Notes under the pieces: model-generated | Seen by the model: only the letters and a program-made list of their open reading frames with translations | What the model was told of the DNA's origin: nothing | Databases searched by the model: none | Program-made: the position numbers and the translations under genes | In this document: one piece after another, positions 1 through 12,689 of the stretch | How positions within the stretch are numbered: the first letter of the stretch is position 1 | Layout of the letters: each line of letters opens with the position of its first letter | NCBI RefSeq assembly: GCF_020745735.1 | Contig: NC_083435.1 | Coordinates: 6,417,201 to 6,481,200 of the forward strand | From: Hemiscyllium ocellatum | Lineage: Eukaryota | Length of the DNA: 64,000 nucleotides | Reading direction: 5' to 3'

Positions 1-127
1 CAGTGGTCAAAGGTCAGGAACACGGAGCTGAAGTGGATCCAGAAATGGAGCAGCAGCCCCTTCACATCATGGAAGAGGAGGAGCAAACCAGGAAAGTCCC
101 TCTGCACCAAGAATGGGGGCCTCCCCT

Positions 128-850
128 CACCCAGTGACCCAGTGTATGGGATCTTCCCATTCCCCCACCCAGTGACCCAGTGTATGGGATCTTCCCCGCA
201 CCCCCCAGTGACCCAGTGTGTGGGATCTTCCCCCTCCCCCCACCCAGTGACCCAGTGTATGGGATCTTCCCCTCCCCCACCCAGTGACCCAGTGTGTGGG
301 ATCTTCCCCCTCCCCCCACCCAGTGACCCAGTGTGTGGGATCTTCCCATTCCCCCACCCAGTACCCCAGTGTTTGGGATCTTCCCATTCCCCCCCAGTGA
401 CCCAGTGTGTTGGATCTTCCCATTCCCTCGCCCAGTGACCCAGTGTGTGGGATCTTCCCCCTCCCCCCACCCAGTGACCCAGTGTGTGGGATCTTCCCCC
501 TCCCCCCACCCAGTGACCCAGTGTGTGGGATCTTCCCCCTCCCCCCACCCAGTGTCCCAGTGTGTGGGATCTTCCCATTCCCCACCCAGGACCACAGTAT
601 GTGGGATCTTCCCATTCCCTCACCCAGTGACCCCGTGTTTGGGATCTTCCCCCTCCCCCACCCAGTAACCCAATGTGTGGGATCTTCCCATTCCCCACCC
701 AGTGACCCAGGGTGTGGGATCTTCCCCCTCCCCCACCCAGTGACCCAGGGTGTGGGATCTTCCCCTCCCCCACCCAGTGATCCGGTGTGTGGGATCTTCC
801 CCCTCCCCCCACCCAGTGACCCAGTGTATGGGATCTTCCCCTCCCCCCCA
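128..850. repeat. C/G-skewed minisatellite, about 36-37 bp unit (cccacccagtgacccagtgtgtgggatcttccccctcc), about 20 copies
   Basis: Direct tandem units are visible. The array begins about 12 bp past the gene A stop codon. ORFs over it are repeat artefacts. Confidence 0.95.
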
Positions 851-861
851 CGGAGAGGCTC

Positions 862-867
862 TTTATT
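862..867 (-). terminator. AATAAA overlapping the gene A stop codon (candidate poly(A) signal)
   Basis: The minus strand reads tcc aaa TAA ag, which contains AATAAA. Its use as a signal is not demonstrated. Confidence 0.35.
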
Positions 868-1440
868 TGGATGAAGCGATGAATCCCTCATCCTCCTGGA
901 TTGTTACTCTCCGGGGACAGATTTTCAGAGGTTCTGTGTTTTTATCCCCATCAATGAGATACGGACTGAAGAAAGGATAGAGTTTCTCAGTGAATGTCCC
1001 AGTGAAAGTGTAGATATGGCTCTTGTTCTCTGAGTTATAAAAGGACATCTTCCCTCCCTCATAATCCAGACAGACTCGGACCTTCCTCGGACTCACACTC
1101 AGCTTTAAGCATTTCCATGGTTTCTCACCAGCCCAGTATTTATTCCCCTCTCTCAGCGCCAATGCCCAGTATCCATTACCTGGATTCAGGTTGATTTGCC
1201 CCTTCCTGTGGATGGACTCCTTGGCCACACCCACATCCCACTCAGTCTTATTCCCCACCTCCACCTCCCAGGAATGTTTCCCTGATGTGAATCCCTCTGA
1301 TCCCAGGACACAGACACAGTAACCAAATCTCTCCGGATTGTCGGGAAGCTGCTGCCGATTCCCGGTGTGTCTCACGGTGCTCAGGTCCTCAGACAGGAGA
1401 AGGGCAGGATGGGCTGTATTAGGGTCCAAGGTGACTGGAG
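863..1440 (-). CDS. Gene A (TRIM35-like E3 ligase) exon 6: PRY/SPRY (B30.2) domain and stop
   Basis: Reads (A)[11 protein letters not shown]...NPERF...WEVEV...LDYEGG...LYPFFSP. Acceptor ttcccag| has an upstream tgactaac branch point. Phase 1 matches exon 5. TAA at 865-863. Confidence 0.95.
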
Positions 1441-1611
1441 CTGGGAACAGAGGGACACCAATAAAATGTTAGTCACACTCACTGTAACTCTCACAGCCGC
1501 TTAGTGACTGGGAACATCAGCAACGATCCAGGATTAGAAATTCATCCCCAGGGAAGGGGTTAAACAGCACTCGGGATAGACCCTGCAATGAGGCTGAGGA
1601 AACCCCGTTAC

Positions 1612-3088
1612 AGAGAGAGGGTGGGACCGAGAGAGAGAGAGAAAGACAGTGTGTCACAGAGAGAGAGAGAGGGGGAGAGAAAGGGAGAGGCAGTGTGTGA
1701 CAGAGAGAGAGAGAGAGAGACACTGTGTGTGACAGAGAGAAAGAGGGAGAGAGGATGTGTGTGACAGAGAGAGGGGAACTATGGGCTAAATACGGAGAAG
1801 GAGAGAGACGGTGAATTTGACAGAGAGATGCCGAGTGTGACAGAAACAGAGATGGAAAGAGATGGTATCTCTGACAGGGAGAGAGAGAGACGGTGAGTGT
1901 GACACAGAGAGAGAGAGAGTCACAGTCAGTGTGGCAGAGAGAGACACACAGTGTATGGTTTCAGGGAGAGAGAGATGGTGTGTGTATCACAGAGAGAGAG
2001 AATGTTGTGTGTGATGTAGACAGAGACAGTGAGTGTGATAGAGAGTGAGATGGCGAGAGTATCAGAGAGAGAAAGAGATGGTTTGTGTGACAGAGGGAGA
2101 GGCAGAGTGTTTGTGACAGACACACAGAGAGGCAGAGAGTGTGACAGAGAGAGAGAGAGAGAGATGGTGAGTGATAGAATGAGCAGGACTTTTCCACTTA
2201 ATGGTAAGGTTCTGGGGAGTGTTGCTGAACACAGAGACCTTGGAGTGCAGGTTCATAGCTCCTTGAAAGTAGAGTTGCAGGTAGATAGGATAGTGAAGAA
2301 GGTATTTGGTATGCTTTCCTTTATCAGAGCACTGAGTATCAGAGTTGGGAGGTCATATTGCGGCTGTTCAGGACATTGGTTAGACCACTTTTAGAATATT
2401 ATGTACAATTCTGGTCTCACTCCTATCGGAAGGATGTTGTGAAACTTGAATGGATGCAGAAAAGGTTTACAAGGATGTTGCCAGGTTGGAGGATTTGAGC
2501 TATAGGGAGAGGCTGAGTAGGCTGGGGCTATTATCCCTGGAGCATCGGAGGCTGAGGGGTGACTTTATACAGGTTTATTAAATCATGAGGGGCATGGATA
2601 GGGTTAAAGAGACAAAGTCTTTTCCCTGGGGTGGGGAACCTGAGGGGCAACCTTTTCATGCAGAAGGTGATGCATGTATGGAATGAGCTGCCAGAGGAAG
2701 TGGTGGAGGCTGGTACAATTACAACATTGAAAAGGCATATGGATGGGTATATGGTTAGGAAGGTTTTCAAGGGATATGGGCCAAGTGCTGGCAAATGGGA
2801 CTAGATTAGGTGAGGATAACTGCTCGGCATGGATGAGTTGGGCCGAAGGGTCTGTTTCTGTGCTGTACCTCTCTATGATTCTGTGAGTGAGCGAGAGAGA
2901 GAGAGAGAGAGAGACAGAGAGAGAGAGATGGTCCATTTGACAGAGAGAAAGGAAGAGAGAGACGGTGTCTGTGACAGAGTGAGAGACAGTGACTGCGATA
3001 GAGTGGGAGTGAGAAAGAGAGACAGAGACAGAGCGAGAGAGTGTGTGTCACAGAGAGAGTGAGTGTGAGAGAGAGAGAGATGTATGTG

Positions 3089-3119
<31 letters not shown>

Positions 3120-6100
3120 TGTATACGTGTGACAGAGATAGACAGTGAATGACGAAGTGACAGCGAGTGAGACAGTGATTGCGAGAAAAAGACGTGGTGT
3201 GTATGACAAAGAGACAGACGGAGAGAGAGAGAGAGAGACAGAGAGAGACAGAGAGAGAGAGAGAATGATTGCGACAGAGGGACAGAGATACAGGGAGAGA
3301 GAGTGAGAGAGGATGAGTGTGTGACAGAGCGAGAGTCACAGAGAGAGGGAGAGTAATGGTGAGTGTGACAGAGTCTCACAAAGTTGGTGTGTAAAAATAG
3401 TAAAATTGTAAATGAATTGAAAAGCAGAGTGTGGTCCCTTTCGGAGGAAAAGTGCTCTTTAAGCTTGGAGTTCAGCAGAGAAGGAGGTCTGTGTGCAGCT
3501 GTGGGAGACAGACTGTTCTAAAATGGAAACATGTTCCTGTTGGCTTTGTTCATGGGCACCTGAGGTTTGCTGCTGTTTTGACGACAAGTCGAATTTGACC
3601 AATTAATTTAAACCAAACACTCTGCCATTCAAAACCCACTGAATTTAAAAACTGATGGTGTTTACAGCCTGAAACCAATCACGTTGTGAGAATTTGGTGC
3701 ATCATCAGGAATATTGAAGGCAGGGTTTTTTTGAAAATTGAGAGAAGCCAAATGTCATAGAGAGACAAAGCTGACTTTGACACAATATGATGAAGCTCTC
3801 TAACAAGGACCCATCAAATGCACCATTTCCAGCTCCAAATCCTCACAGAAGAATCATCAAAAGAAAGGTGTTTGTGATGTGAGATCAGCAGAAGGAAGAT
3901 TGGAGACAGCGGAGAAGACATAGATTGTGTCATGTTGAGAGACTAAGTTTAATTTATTGCTCTTATAAATTGGATTTATATGTGGGAACTGTGTTAATGA
4001 AACATTCATTCCAGTAGAATTTAATTGAATTAAGGAACAGTGAGTAATTCTGTTCATTTGTTCATTGCTGATGTTAGATCAATACATTGTCAGTGTATAT
4101 GACAGAGAGAGAGATGGTGCATGGACAGAGAGAGAGCGAGAGAGAGAAAGTGACAGTGCGTGTGTAAATAGAGAGGATGTGTGTGACATAGAGAAAGAGA
4201 AAGAGATTGTGACAGACAGAGAGATGGTGCATGTGACAGAGACAGAAAGAGAGAGAAACATTGTGTTTTTAACATAAAGACAGATATAGACAGATGGCGT
4301 GTGTAACTGAGAGAGAGAGAGATGGTGTGTGTGACAGAGAGAGATATGGTCTGTGTGACTGAGAGACAGAGACAGAGGGTCACAGCAAGTGTGACAGAGA
4401 GAGAGGGGTTGTGTATGACAGAGAGAAAGAGAGAGAGAGAGAGAGGATGTGTGTTGAAACAGGGTGAGTGAGAAGGTTTGTGTAACTGAGAGAGAGAAGG
4501 AAAGAGAGACGGTGTATCTGACAGAGACAATGAGAAAGAGAGAGAATGAGACATTGTGTGTGACACAGAGATAGAGAGAGAGGGTGGTGGCAAGTGTGAC
4601 AGAGGGAGGTTGTGTATGACAGAGAGAAAGAGTGGGGCAGTGTGTGTGAAAGAGGGTAAAAAAGAGAAAGAGACGGTTTGTATGACAATGGGATGGACAG
4701 TGCATATGACAAAGAGAGAGAGAGAGAGAAACGGTGTGTGTGACAGAGGCAGAAATAGAGAGTGATGGTGGACATGACAGAGACAGAGATAGTGTGTGTG
4801 ACAGAGAGATAGAGAAAGAGAAAGAGAGAGATGGTGTGTGTTACAGAGAAACATAGACAGAGGGTCACAGCAAGTGTGACACAGAGAGAGAGGTTGTGTG
4901 TGACAGAGAGAGGGAGAGAGGACACGTGTTGAAAGAGGGTGAGAGAGAAGGTTTGTGTGACAGAGAGAGAGAAAGCAAGAGAGACGGTGTGTCTGACAGA
5001 AATGATGAGAGAGAGAGAGAAAGTGTGTGTGACACAGAGATAGAGAGAGAGAGGGCAATGGCATGTGTGACAGAGAGAGGTTATGTATGACAGAGAGAAA
5101 GAGAGAGAACAAGATGGTGTGCATAACAGAGACAGTGACAGTGTGTGTGACAGAGAGGAAGTGAGAGAGAGATAGTGCATGTGACAGGGAGAGAGAGAGA
5201 GAGAGAAAGAGATGGTGTGTGTGAAAGAGAGAATTAGAGAGTCAGAGATGGCAAGTATGATGAAAAGAGAGAGGTTATGTGTAACAGAGAGAGAGTGATA
5301 CGGTGTGTGTGACAGAGGGTGAGAGAGTGAGGCGGTGAGTGTGACAGAGGGTGAGAGAGTGAGGCGCTGTGTGTGACAGAGGGTGAGAGAGTGAGGCGGT
5401 GTGTGTGACAGAGGGTGAGAGAGTGAGGCGGTGTGTGTGACAGAGGGTGAGAGAGTGAGGCGGTGTGTGACAGAGGGTGAGAGAGTGAGGCGGTGTGTGT
5501 GACAGAGGGTGAGAGAGTGAGGCGGTGTGTGTGACAGAGGGTGAGGCGGTGTGTGTGACAGAGGGTGAGGGAGTGAGGCGGTGTGTGACAGTGGGTGAGA
5601 GAGTGAGGTGGTGAGTGTGACGGAGGGTGACAGAGTGAGGCAGTGTGTGAGACAGAGGGTGAGAGAGTGAGGTGTGTGTGACGGAAAGTGAGCGAGTGAA
5701 GCAATGAGTGTGACAGAGGGTGAGAGTGTGAGGCGGTGTGTGTAACGGGGATGATAGTGAGGCGGTGTGAGTGACAGAGGGTAAGAGAGAGAGGCAGTGT
5801 GTGAGCAACAGAAGGTGAGAGAATGAGGCACTGTGTGTGTGACAGAGGGGAGTGAGTGAGGCGGTGTGTGTGACAGAGGGTGGAGAGTGAGACGGTGTGT
5901 GTGAGATGGAGGGTGAGAGAGTGAGGCAGTGTGTGGGACAGAGGGTGAGAGAGTGAGGTGGTGAGTGTGAGATGGAGGGTGAGAGAGTGAGATGTAGTGT
6001 GTGACAGAGGGTGAGAGTGAGGTGGTGTGTGTGACAGGGTGAGAGAGTGAGGCGGTGAGTGTGACGGAGGGTGAGAGAGTGAGGTGGTGAGTGTGACAGA

Positions 6101-9100
6101 GGGTGAGAGAGTGTGGCGCTGTGTGTGACAGAGGGTGAGAGAGTGAGAAGGTGTGTGTGAGATGGAGGGTGAGAGAGTGAGGCGGTGTGTGTGACAGAGG
6201 GTGAGAGGGTGAGGCGGTGAGTGTGACAGAGGGTGAGAGAGTGAGGTGCTGTGTGTGACAGAGGTTGAGAGAGTGTGGCGCTGTGTGTGACGGAGGGTGA
6301 GAGTGTGAGGTGGTGAGTGTGACAGAGGGTGAAAGAGTGAGGTGGTGAGTGTGACGGAGGGTGAGAGAGTGTGGCGCTGTGTGTGACAGAGGGTGAGAGA
6401 GTGTGGCGGTGTGTGTGAGATGGACGGTGAGAGAGTGAGGCAGTGTGTGTGACAGAGGGTGAGAGAGTGAGGCGGTGAGTGTGACAGAGGGTGAGAGAGT
6501 GAGGCGCTGTGTGTGACAGAGGGTGAGAGAGTGAGGCGGTGTGTGAGACAGAGAGTAAGAGAGTGAAGTGGTGAGTGTGATGGAGGGTGAGAGAGTGAGG
6601 TGGTGAGTGTGACAGAGGGTGAGAGAGTGAGATGGAGTGTGTGACAGAGGGTGAGAGTGAGGTGGTGTGTGTGACAGAGGGTGAGAGTGAGGTGGTGTGA
6701 GTGACAGAGCGTGAGAGAGTGAGGCGGTGTGTGTGACAGAGGGTGAGAGAGTGAGGCGGTGTGTGTGACAGAGGGTAAGAGAGTGAAGTGGTGAGTGTGA
6801 TGGAGGGTGAGAGAGTGAGGCGGTGAGTGTGACTGAGGGTGAGAGAGTGTGGCAGTGTGTGAGACAAAGGGTGAGAGAGTGAGATGGAGTGTGTGACAGA
6901 GGGTGAGAGTGAGGTGGTGTGTGTGACAGAGGGTGAGAGAGTGAGACGGTGTGTATGACAGAGGGTGAGAGAGTGAGACGGTGTGTGTGAGATGGAGGGT
7001 GACAGAGTGGGGCAGTGTGTGTGACAGAGGGTGAGACAGTGAGGCGGTGTGTGTGACAGAGGGTGAGAGAGTGAGGCAGTGTGTGAGAGAGGGTGAGAGA
7101 GTGAGGTGTGTGTGACAGAGGATAAGAGAGTAAGGTGTGTATGTGACGGAGAGTAAGCGAGTGAAGCAATGAGTGTGACAGAGGGTGAGAGTGTGCGGTG
7201 GTGTGTGGGGACAGTGGGTGAGAGAGTGAGGTGGTGTGTGTAACAGGGGGTGATAGTGAGGCGGTGTGAGTGACAGAGGGTAAGAGAGAGAGGCAATGTG
7301 TGAGCAACAGAGGGTGAGAGAATGAGGCGGTGTGTGTGTGACAGAGGGTGAGAGAGTGAGGTGGTGTGTGTGACACGAGGGTGAGAGAGTGAGGCGGTGT
7401 GAGTGACAGACAGAGAGTGAGGCGGTGTGTGACAGAGGGTGAGACAGTGAGGTGATTAGTGTGACAGAAGGTGAGAGAGTGAGGCGGTGGGTGTGAGATG
7501 GAGGGTGAGAGAGTGAGGCAGTATGTGTGACAGAGGGCGAGAGAGTGAGGCGGTGTGAGTGACAGACAGAGAGTGAGGCGGTGTGTGACAGAGGGTGAGA
7601 GAGTGAGGTGGTGTGTGTGACAGAGGGTGAGAGAGTGAGATGGTGTGTGTGAGATGGAGGGTGAGACAGTGAGGTGATTAGTGTGACAGAGGGTGAGAGA
7701 GTGAGGCGGTGAGTGTGACAGAGGGTGAGAGAGTGAGGTGGTTTGTGTGACAGAGGGTGAGAGTGAGGTGGTGTGTGTGACAGAGGGTGAGAGTGAGGTG
7801 GTTTGTGTGACAGAGGGTGAGAGTGAGGTGGTGTGAGTGACAGAGGGCGAAAAAGCGAAAGAGACAGTTTATGTGACAGAGAGAGGGATAGTGTATGTGA
7901 CAGAGAGAGAGAGCAGAACAAGATGGTGTGCATAACAGAGACAGTGAAGGTGTGTGTGACAGAGAGAAAGAGAGAGAGTGGTAGTGCATGAGACAGGGAG
8001 GGAGAGAGATGGTGTGTGTGACAGAGAAAAATAGATAGAGTCAGAGATGGCAAGTATGACGAAAAGAGAGATGTTATGTGTAACAGAGTGAGAGTGAGGT
8101 GGTGTGTGTGACAGAGGGTGAGAGAGTGAGGTGGTTTGTGTGACAGAGGGTGAGAGAGTGAGGTGGTGTGTGTGACAGAGGCTGAAAGAGTGAGGCGGTG
8201 TGTGAGTGACAGAGGGTGAGAGAGTGAGGTGGTGTGTGTGACAGAGGGTGAGAGAGTGAGGTGGTGTGTGTGACAGAGGCTGAAAGAGTGAGGCGGTGTG
8301 TGAGTGACAGAGGGTGAGAGAGTGAGGTGGTGTGTGTGACAGTGGCTGAGAGAGTGAGGTGGTGTGTGTGACAGAGGCTGAAAGAGTGAGGCGGTGTGTG
8401 AGTGACAGAGGGTGAGAGAGTGAGGTGGTGTGTGTGACAGAGGGTGAGAGAGTGAGGTGGTGTGTGTGACAGTGGCTGAGAGAGTGAGGTGGTGTGTGTG
8501 ACAGTATCTGAGAGAGTGAGGTGGTGTATGTGACAGAGGCTGAGAGAGTGAGGCGGTGTGTGAGTGACAGAGGTGAGAGAGTGAGGCGGTGTGTGTGAAA
8601 GAGGGTGAGAGAGTGAGGCGCTGTGTGTGACAGAGGGTGAGAGAGTGAGGTAGTGTGTGTGACAGGGTGATAGAGTGAGGCAGTGTGTGTGACAGAGGGT
8701 GAGAGAGTGAGGTGGTGTGTGTGACAGAGGGTGAGAGTGAGGTGGTGTGAGTGACAGAGCGTGAGAGAGTAAGGCGGTGTGTGTGACAGAGGGTGAGAGA
8801 GTGAGGCGGTGTGTGTGACAAAGGGTAAGAGAGTGAAGTGGTGAGTGTGACAGAGGGTGAGAGAGTGAGGTGGTGAGTGTGACAGAGGGTGAGAGAGTGA
8901 GGCAGTGTGTGTGAGAGAGGGTGAGAGAGTGAGGCGGTGTGTGAGACAGAGGGTGAGAGAGTGAGATGGAGTGTGTGACAGAGGGTGAGAGTGAGGTGGT
9001 GTGTGTGACAGGGTGAGAGAGTGAGGCGGTGAGTGTGACGGAGAGTGAGAGAGTGAGGCAGTGTGTGTGACAGAGGGTGAGAGAGTGAGATGGAGTGTGT

Positions 9101-10798
9101 GACAGAGGGTGAGAGTGAGGTGGTGTGTGTGAAAGGGTGAGAGAGTGAGGCGGTGTGTGACAGGCGGTGAGAGAGTGAGACGGTGTGTATGACAGAAGGT
9201 GAGAGAGTGAGACGGTGTGTGTGAGATGGAGGGTGACAGAGTGAGGCAGTGTGTGTGACAGAGGATGAGAGAGTGAGGTGGTGTGTGTGAGATGGAGGGT
9301 GAGTGAGTGAGGCAGTGTGCGTGACAGAGGGTGAGAGAGTGAGGCAGTGCGTGTGAGAGAGTGAGGTGTGTGTGACGGAGGATAAGAGAGTAAGGTGTGT
9401 GTGTGACGGAGAGTAAGCGAGTGAAGCAATTAGTGTGACAGAGGGTGAGAGTGTGCAGCGGTGTGTGGGGACAGTGGGTGAGAGAGTGAGGTGGTGTGTG
9501 TAACAGGGGGTGATAGTGAGGTGGTGTGAGTGACAGAGGGTAAGAGAGAGAGGCAATGTGTGAGCAACAGAGGGTGAGAGAATGAGGCGGTGTGTGTGTG
9601 TGACAGAGGGTGAGAGAGTGAGGCGGTGAGTGTGACAGAGGGTGTGAGAGAGAGGTGGTGCGTGTGACGGAGGGTGAGAGTGAGGCAGTGTGTGTGACAG
9701 AGGGTGAGAGAGTGAGGTGGTTTGTGTGACAGGGTGAGAGTGTGAGGCGGTGTGTGTGATAGAAGGTGAGAGAGTCAGGTGGTGTGAGTGACAGAGGGTG
9801 AGAGTGAGGTGGTGTGTGTGACAGTGGCTGAGAGAGTGAGGTGGTGTGTGTGTGACAGAGGGTGAGAGAGTGAGATGGTGTGTGTGTGACAGAGGGTGAG
9901 AGAGTGAGATGGTGTGTGTAACCAAGGCAGGACAGACACTGTATGTGGCAGCGAAAGAGGAGAGAATTTGAGTGTGATCGAGACAGAAATAGAGAGAGAG
10001 AGAGTAAGAGACAGTGTTGTGACAGAGAGATAAAGGGATGGTGTGTAACGAAGAGAGAGAAAGAGAAAGAGGGAGGTGGCAACTATGACAGCGAGAGTGA
10101 AGTTTTGAATGACAGGGAGAGAGAGAGTGGGTCATTATGTGTGACAGAGGGTGAGAGACAGTTTCTCCATGAAGAGAGAGGTACAGTGGATGTGACAGAC
10201 CGTGAGTGTGACAGCGACAAAGAGAGATTGGTGCATGTGAAAGAGTGTGACAGTAAGTGAAGGAGGGAGATAGCAAGTGTGACAGAGGGAGAGAGAGGGG
10301 TGATGTTTTTGACAGAGAGAGAGAGAGAGAGAGAGAAAGAGACGGTGTGTATGACAAAGAGAGTGAGAGGAAACATTTGACAGAGCAAGAGATAGAGAGA
10401 TGTTGAGTGTGGCAGAGAGAGGGAAAGGGAGACACAGGGAGGGAGATAGTGAGTGTGATAGAGAGAGAGAGAGACAAAGAGAGAGGGTGTCTGTGATATA
10501 AACAGAGCTTAAGGAGTGTGTCAGAGTGAGAGTGAGAGAGAGACAGAGACACGGCAAGTCTGACAGAGAGGGAAAGAGAGAGAGAGTGTATGATGGAGAG
10601 AGAGAGAGATGGTTTATGAGAGAGGGACAGTGAGTGTGACAGAGAGAGATAGAGTGTGTGAGACAGTGTGTGATAGCGAGAGAGAGAGAGAGATGGATGT
10701 GTGTGAAAGGGAGAGACAGTTAGTATGAGAGAGAGAGAGAGAGAGATGGCAAGTGTGATGATAGAGAGAGAGATAAGTGGTGTGTCTGACAGAGGGGC

Positions 10799-10834
<36 letters not shown>

Positions 10835-11200
10835 TGCATGATAGAGTGAGAGAGAGAGAAAGAGATGGTTTATGTGACAGAGAGCTGGAGGGGGAGAGGG
10901 ATGATATGTTTGACAGTGGGAGATGCAATGAGTGCGACAGAGTGAGAGAGAGAGAGAGAGAGAGATAGTGACTGCAACAGAGTGAGAGAGAGAGAGGAAG
11001 ACAGTGAGTGTGAGACACAGAGAAAAAGATGGTATGTATCACAGAGAGAGATGGTATGTGTGATAGAGAGATGGTGAGTGTAACAGAGAGAGAGAGAGAG
11101 AGAGAGAGACAGTGTGTATTACAGCGAAAGAGAGAGACTGACAGTGCATGTGACAGGGAGAGACAGTGCTTATCATAGAGAGATCGAGAGAGACAGACAG
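1612..11200. repeat. Giant GA/GT-rich low-complexity array in gene A intron 5, with a core unit of about 30 bp (gagagagtgaggcggtgtgtgtgacagagggt) and higher-order blocks
   Basis: Continuous (GA)n/(GT)n-derived units, most regular at about 5300-9920. Interrupted by a CR1 fragment and a unique or LTR-like segment at about 3385-4090. Confidence 0.95.
2176..2882 (+). mobile_element. 5'-truncated CR1-type LINE fragment
   Basis: Encodes LNGKVLGSVAEHRDLGVQVHSSLKVELQVDRIVKK (CR1 ORF2 C-terminal motif), frameshifted. 3' tail ctctatgattct. Confidence 0.85.
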
Positions 11201-11813
11201 ACAGACATGGTCAGAAGGTCACACAATACCAGGTTATTGTCCAACAGGTTTATTTTGAATCCGAAGCTTTCGGAGTGCTGCCCCTTGACGAGGTGCAGAC
11301 TGAGACGGTGTGTGTGACAGAGAGAGGGACTTGCAGCCTGGCCCAGCTCTGGGAGCTGTCCACCCCAACAAGGCCTTTTATCTGGAAGCTGCAGCCACTG
11401 ACATCAGTTTAAGGGAAGTCCTTCTGTTGGAAACAAACAGTCACTTGTGACCATTAGCCTCTGACCATCGCAATCCAGTCTGACTGCTGTTAGACAGAAT
11501 AATCAAAGAAGGAACAGGATCTTATGCTGGAGTTTTGTGGAAGATGGATAAAGATAAACAGAATGTTGGGTCAATGATCCACAAAGGGAGGTTGAAGAAG
11601 CAATGTCCCTTCGCAGTACTAGGAGTGTCCAGCAGGTGGAGCGGGTCACTGTGACTCTGTGATCAGTCAATTCTGTATTTTCATAGAAAACTGACTGAAG
11701 TGAAATCTCACCAGTTACCAAGACAATTAAACATTTATTGTGAATACACAGCTCCCTTCTACTCATAAATATGAGAGTTGTTGAAGAGCTGGTGTCAGGA
11801 AGCTCACACCCAC

Positions 11814-11929
11814 CTGTATTAATCACCGTCAGCATCTTTTTCCACACTCTGTACTGCAGGGAGCCGATGTACTTGCCCACATTTATTAAAGGGTAAACCT
11901 TCTGTGGCTCTGGGAGAGTTTGCTTCACT
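11814..11929 (-). CDS. Gene A exon 5 (116 bp, L2 linker)
   Basis: Bounded by tttcag|A GTG AAG ... AAT ACA G|gtgggt. LINVGKYIGSLQYRVWKKML closely resembles the TRIM35 motif LIDVCKYLGSLQYRVWKKML as remembered. Confidence 0.93.
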
Positions 11930-12022
11930 CTGAAACAGGAGATAAAGGTCAGTGTTGGGTCATTCCAGGGTGGGAGAGGGATATGTTAGAAATAAAAATC
12001 AAATCGAGGATGTAAGCTTTAC

Positions 12023-12045
12023 CTTTTCTTTGTATCCGGAAATTT
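12023..12045 (-). CDS. Gene A exon 4 (23-bp micro-exon, KFPDTKK)
   Basis: Bounded by ccacag|AAATTTCCGGATACAAAGAAAAG|gtaaag. The 23-bp phase 0-2 exon is typical of class IV TRIMs and has counterparts in genes B and C. Confidence 0.88.
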
Positions 12046-12689
12046 CTGTGGAACAAAAACATTTTTACAGTTAGTGTTTCGAGAACATTTTATGACAAAA
12101 AGTAAAGTTCCAGACTGGATTCCCCAAAACATGAACATTTTAAGTTCAGGAAGTTATTAGGCAGTGTCTTCCTGTCCTCACTGGACTGAGTTCCTCCACA
12201 ATATTACAAATTACTGGATCTTACTGCACAGAACAACTCACAGAGATCCAACCCAATTGGAATATCTTCATGGATGTTAAATTGCTGGGATTAGTTTATT
12301 GGTTACAGAGTCACTTTAATGTTTACTTCCCTGTTATAATGTGTATGTGTACTGAAGACAAATGTTTCTGGGAATCCACACCAGGGTTGTCCAATAGAAT
12401 TCACTGACCCTCCTGGAAAGAGGGTGAAGCTGCAATTTTAGTTTTATGTTCAGTACCAGGACTCATCAACTAGTCTCCGAATCTTTGTCTGCAGTCAGGC
12501 CACTCTGTGTAACCTGAAACCCTGAACCATACAGACTGAATTATAATGTCACGGACATTCACTGTGAGTCACTCTGAGCTCAATGACCAACCAGCTGAAT
12601 GGCAACTCCATTGTCAGAGGGACCAGGTTTCAGCTGAGCTGTTAAACTGAGGTTCCACACTCTCTCCCCATTGAATAGTGTCACTACAT

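Noticed and set aside
62-980. Repetitive ORFs on both strands (GEGEDPTHWVTGW and similar)
   Set aside because: They are translations of the 36-37 bp minisatellite, with the frame shifting between units.
4079-10557. Very long minus-strand ORFs (up to 1772 aa) rich in S/H/T/L/P
   Set aside because: All three frames are open because the CA/CT-rich strand rarely forms stop codons. They lie in an intronic simple repeat and have no domain content.
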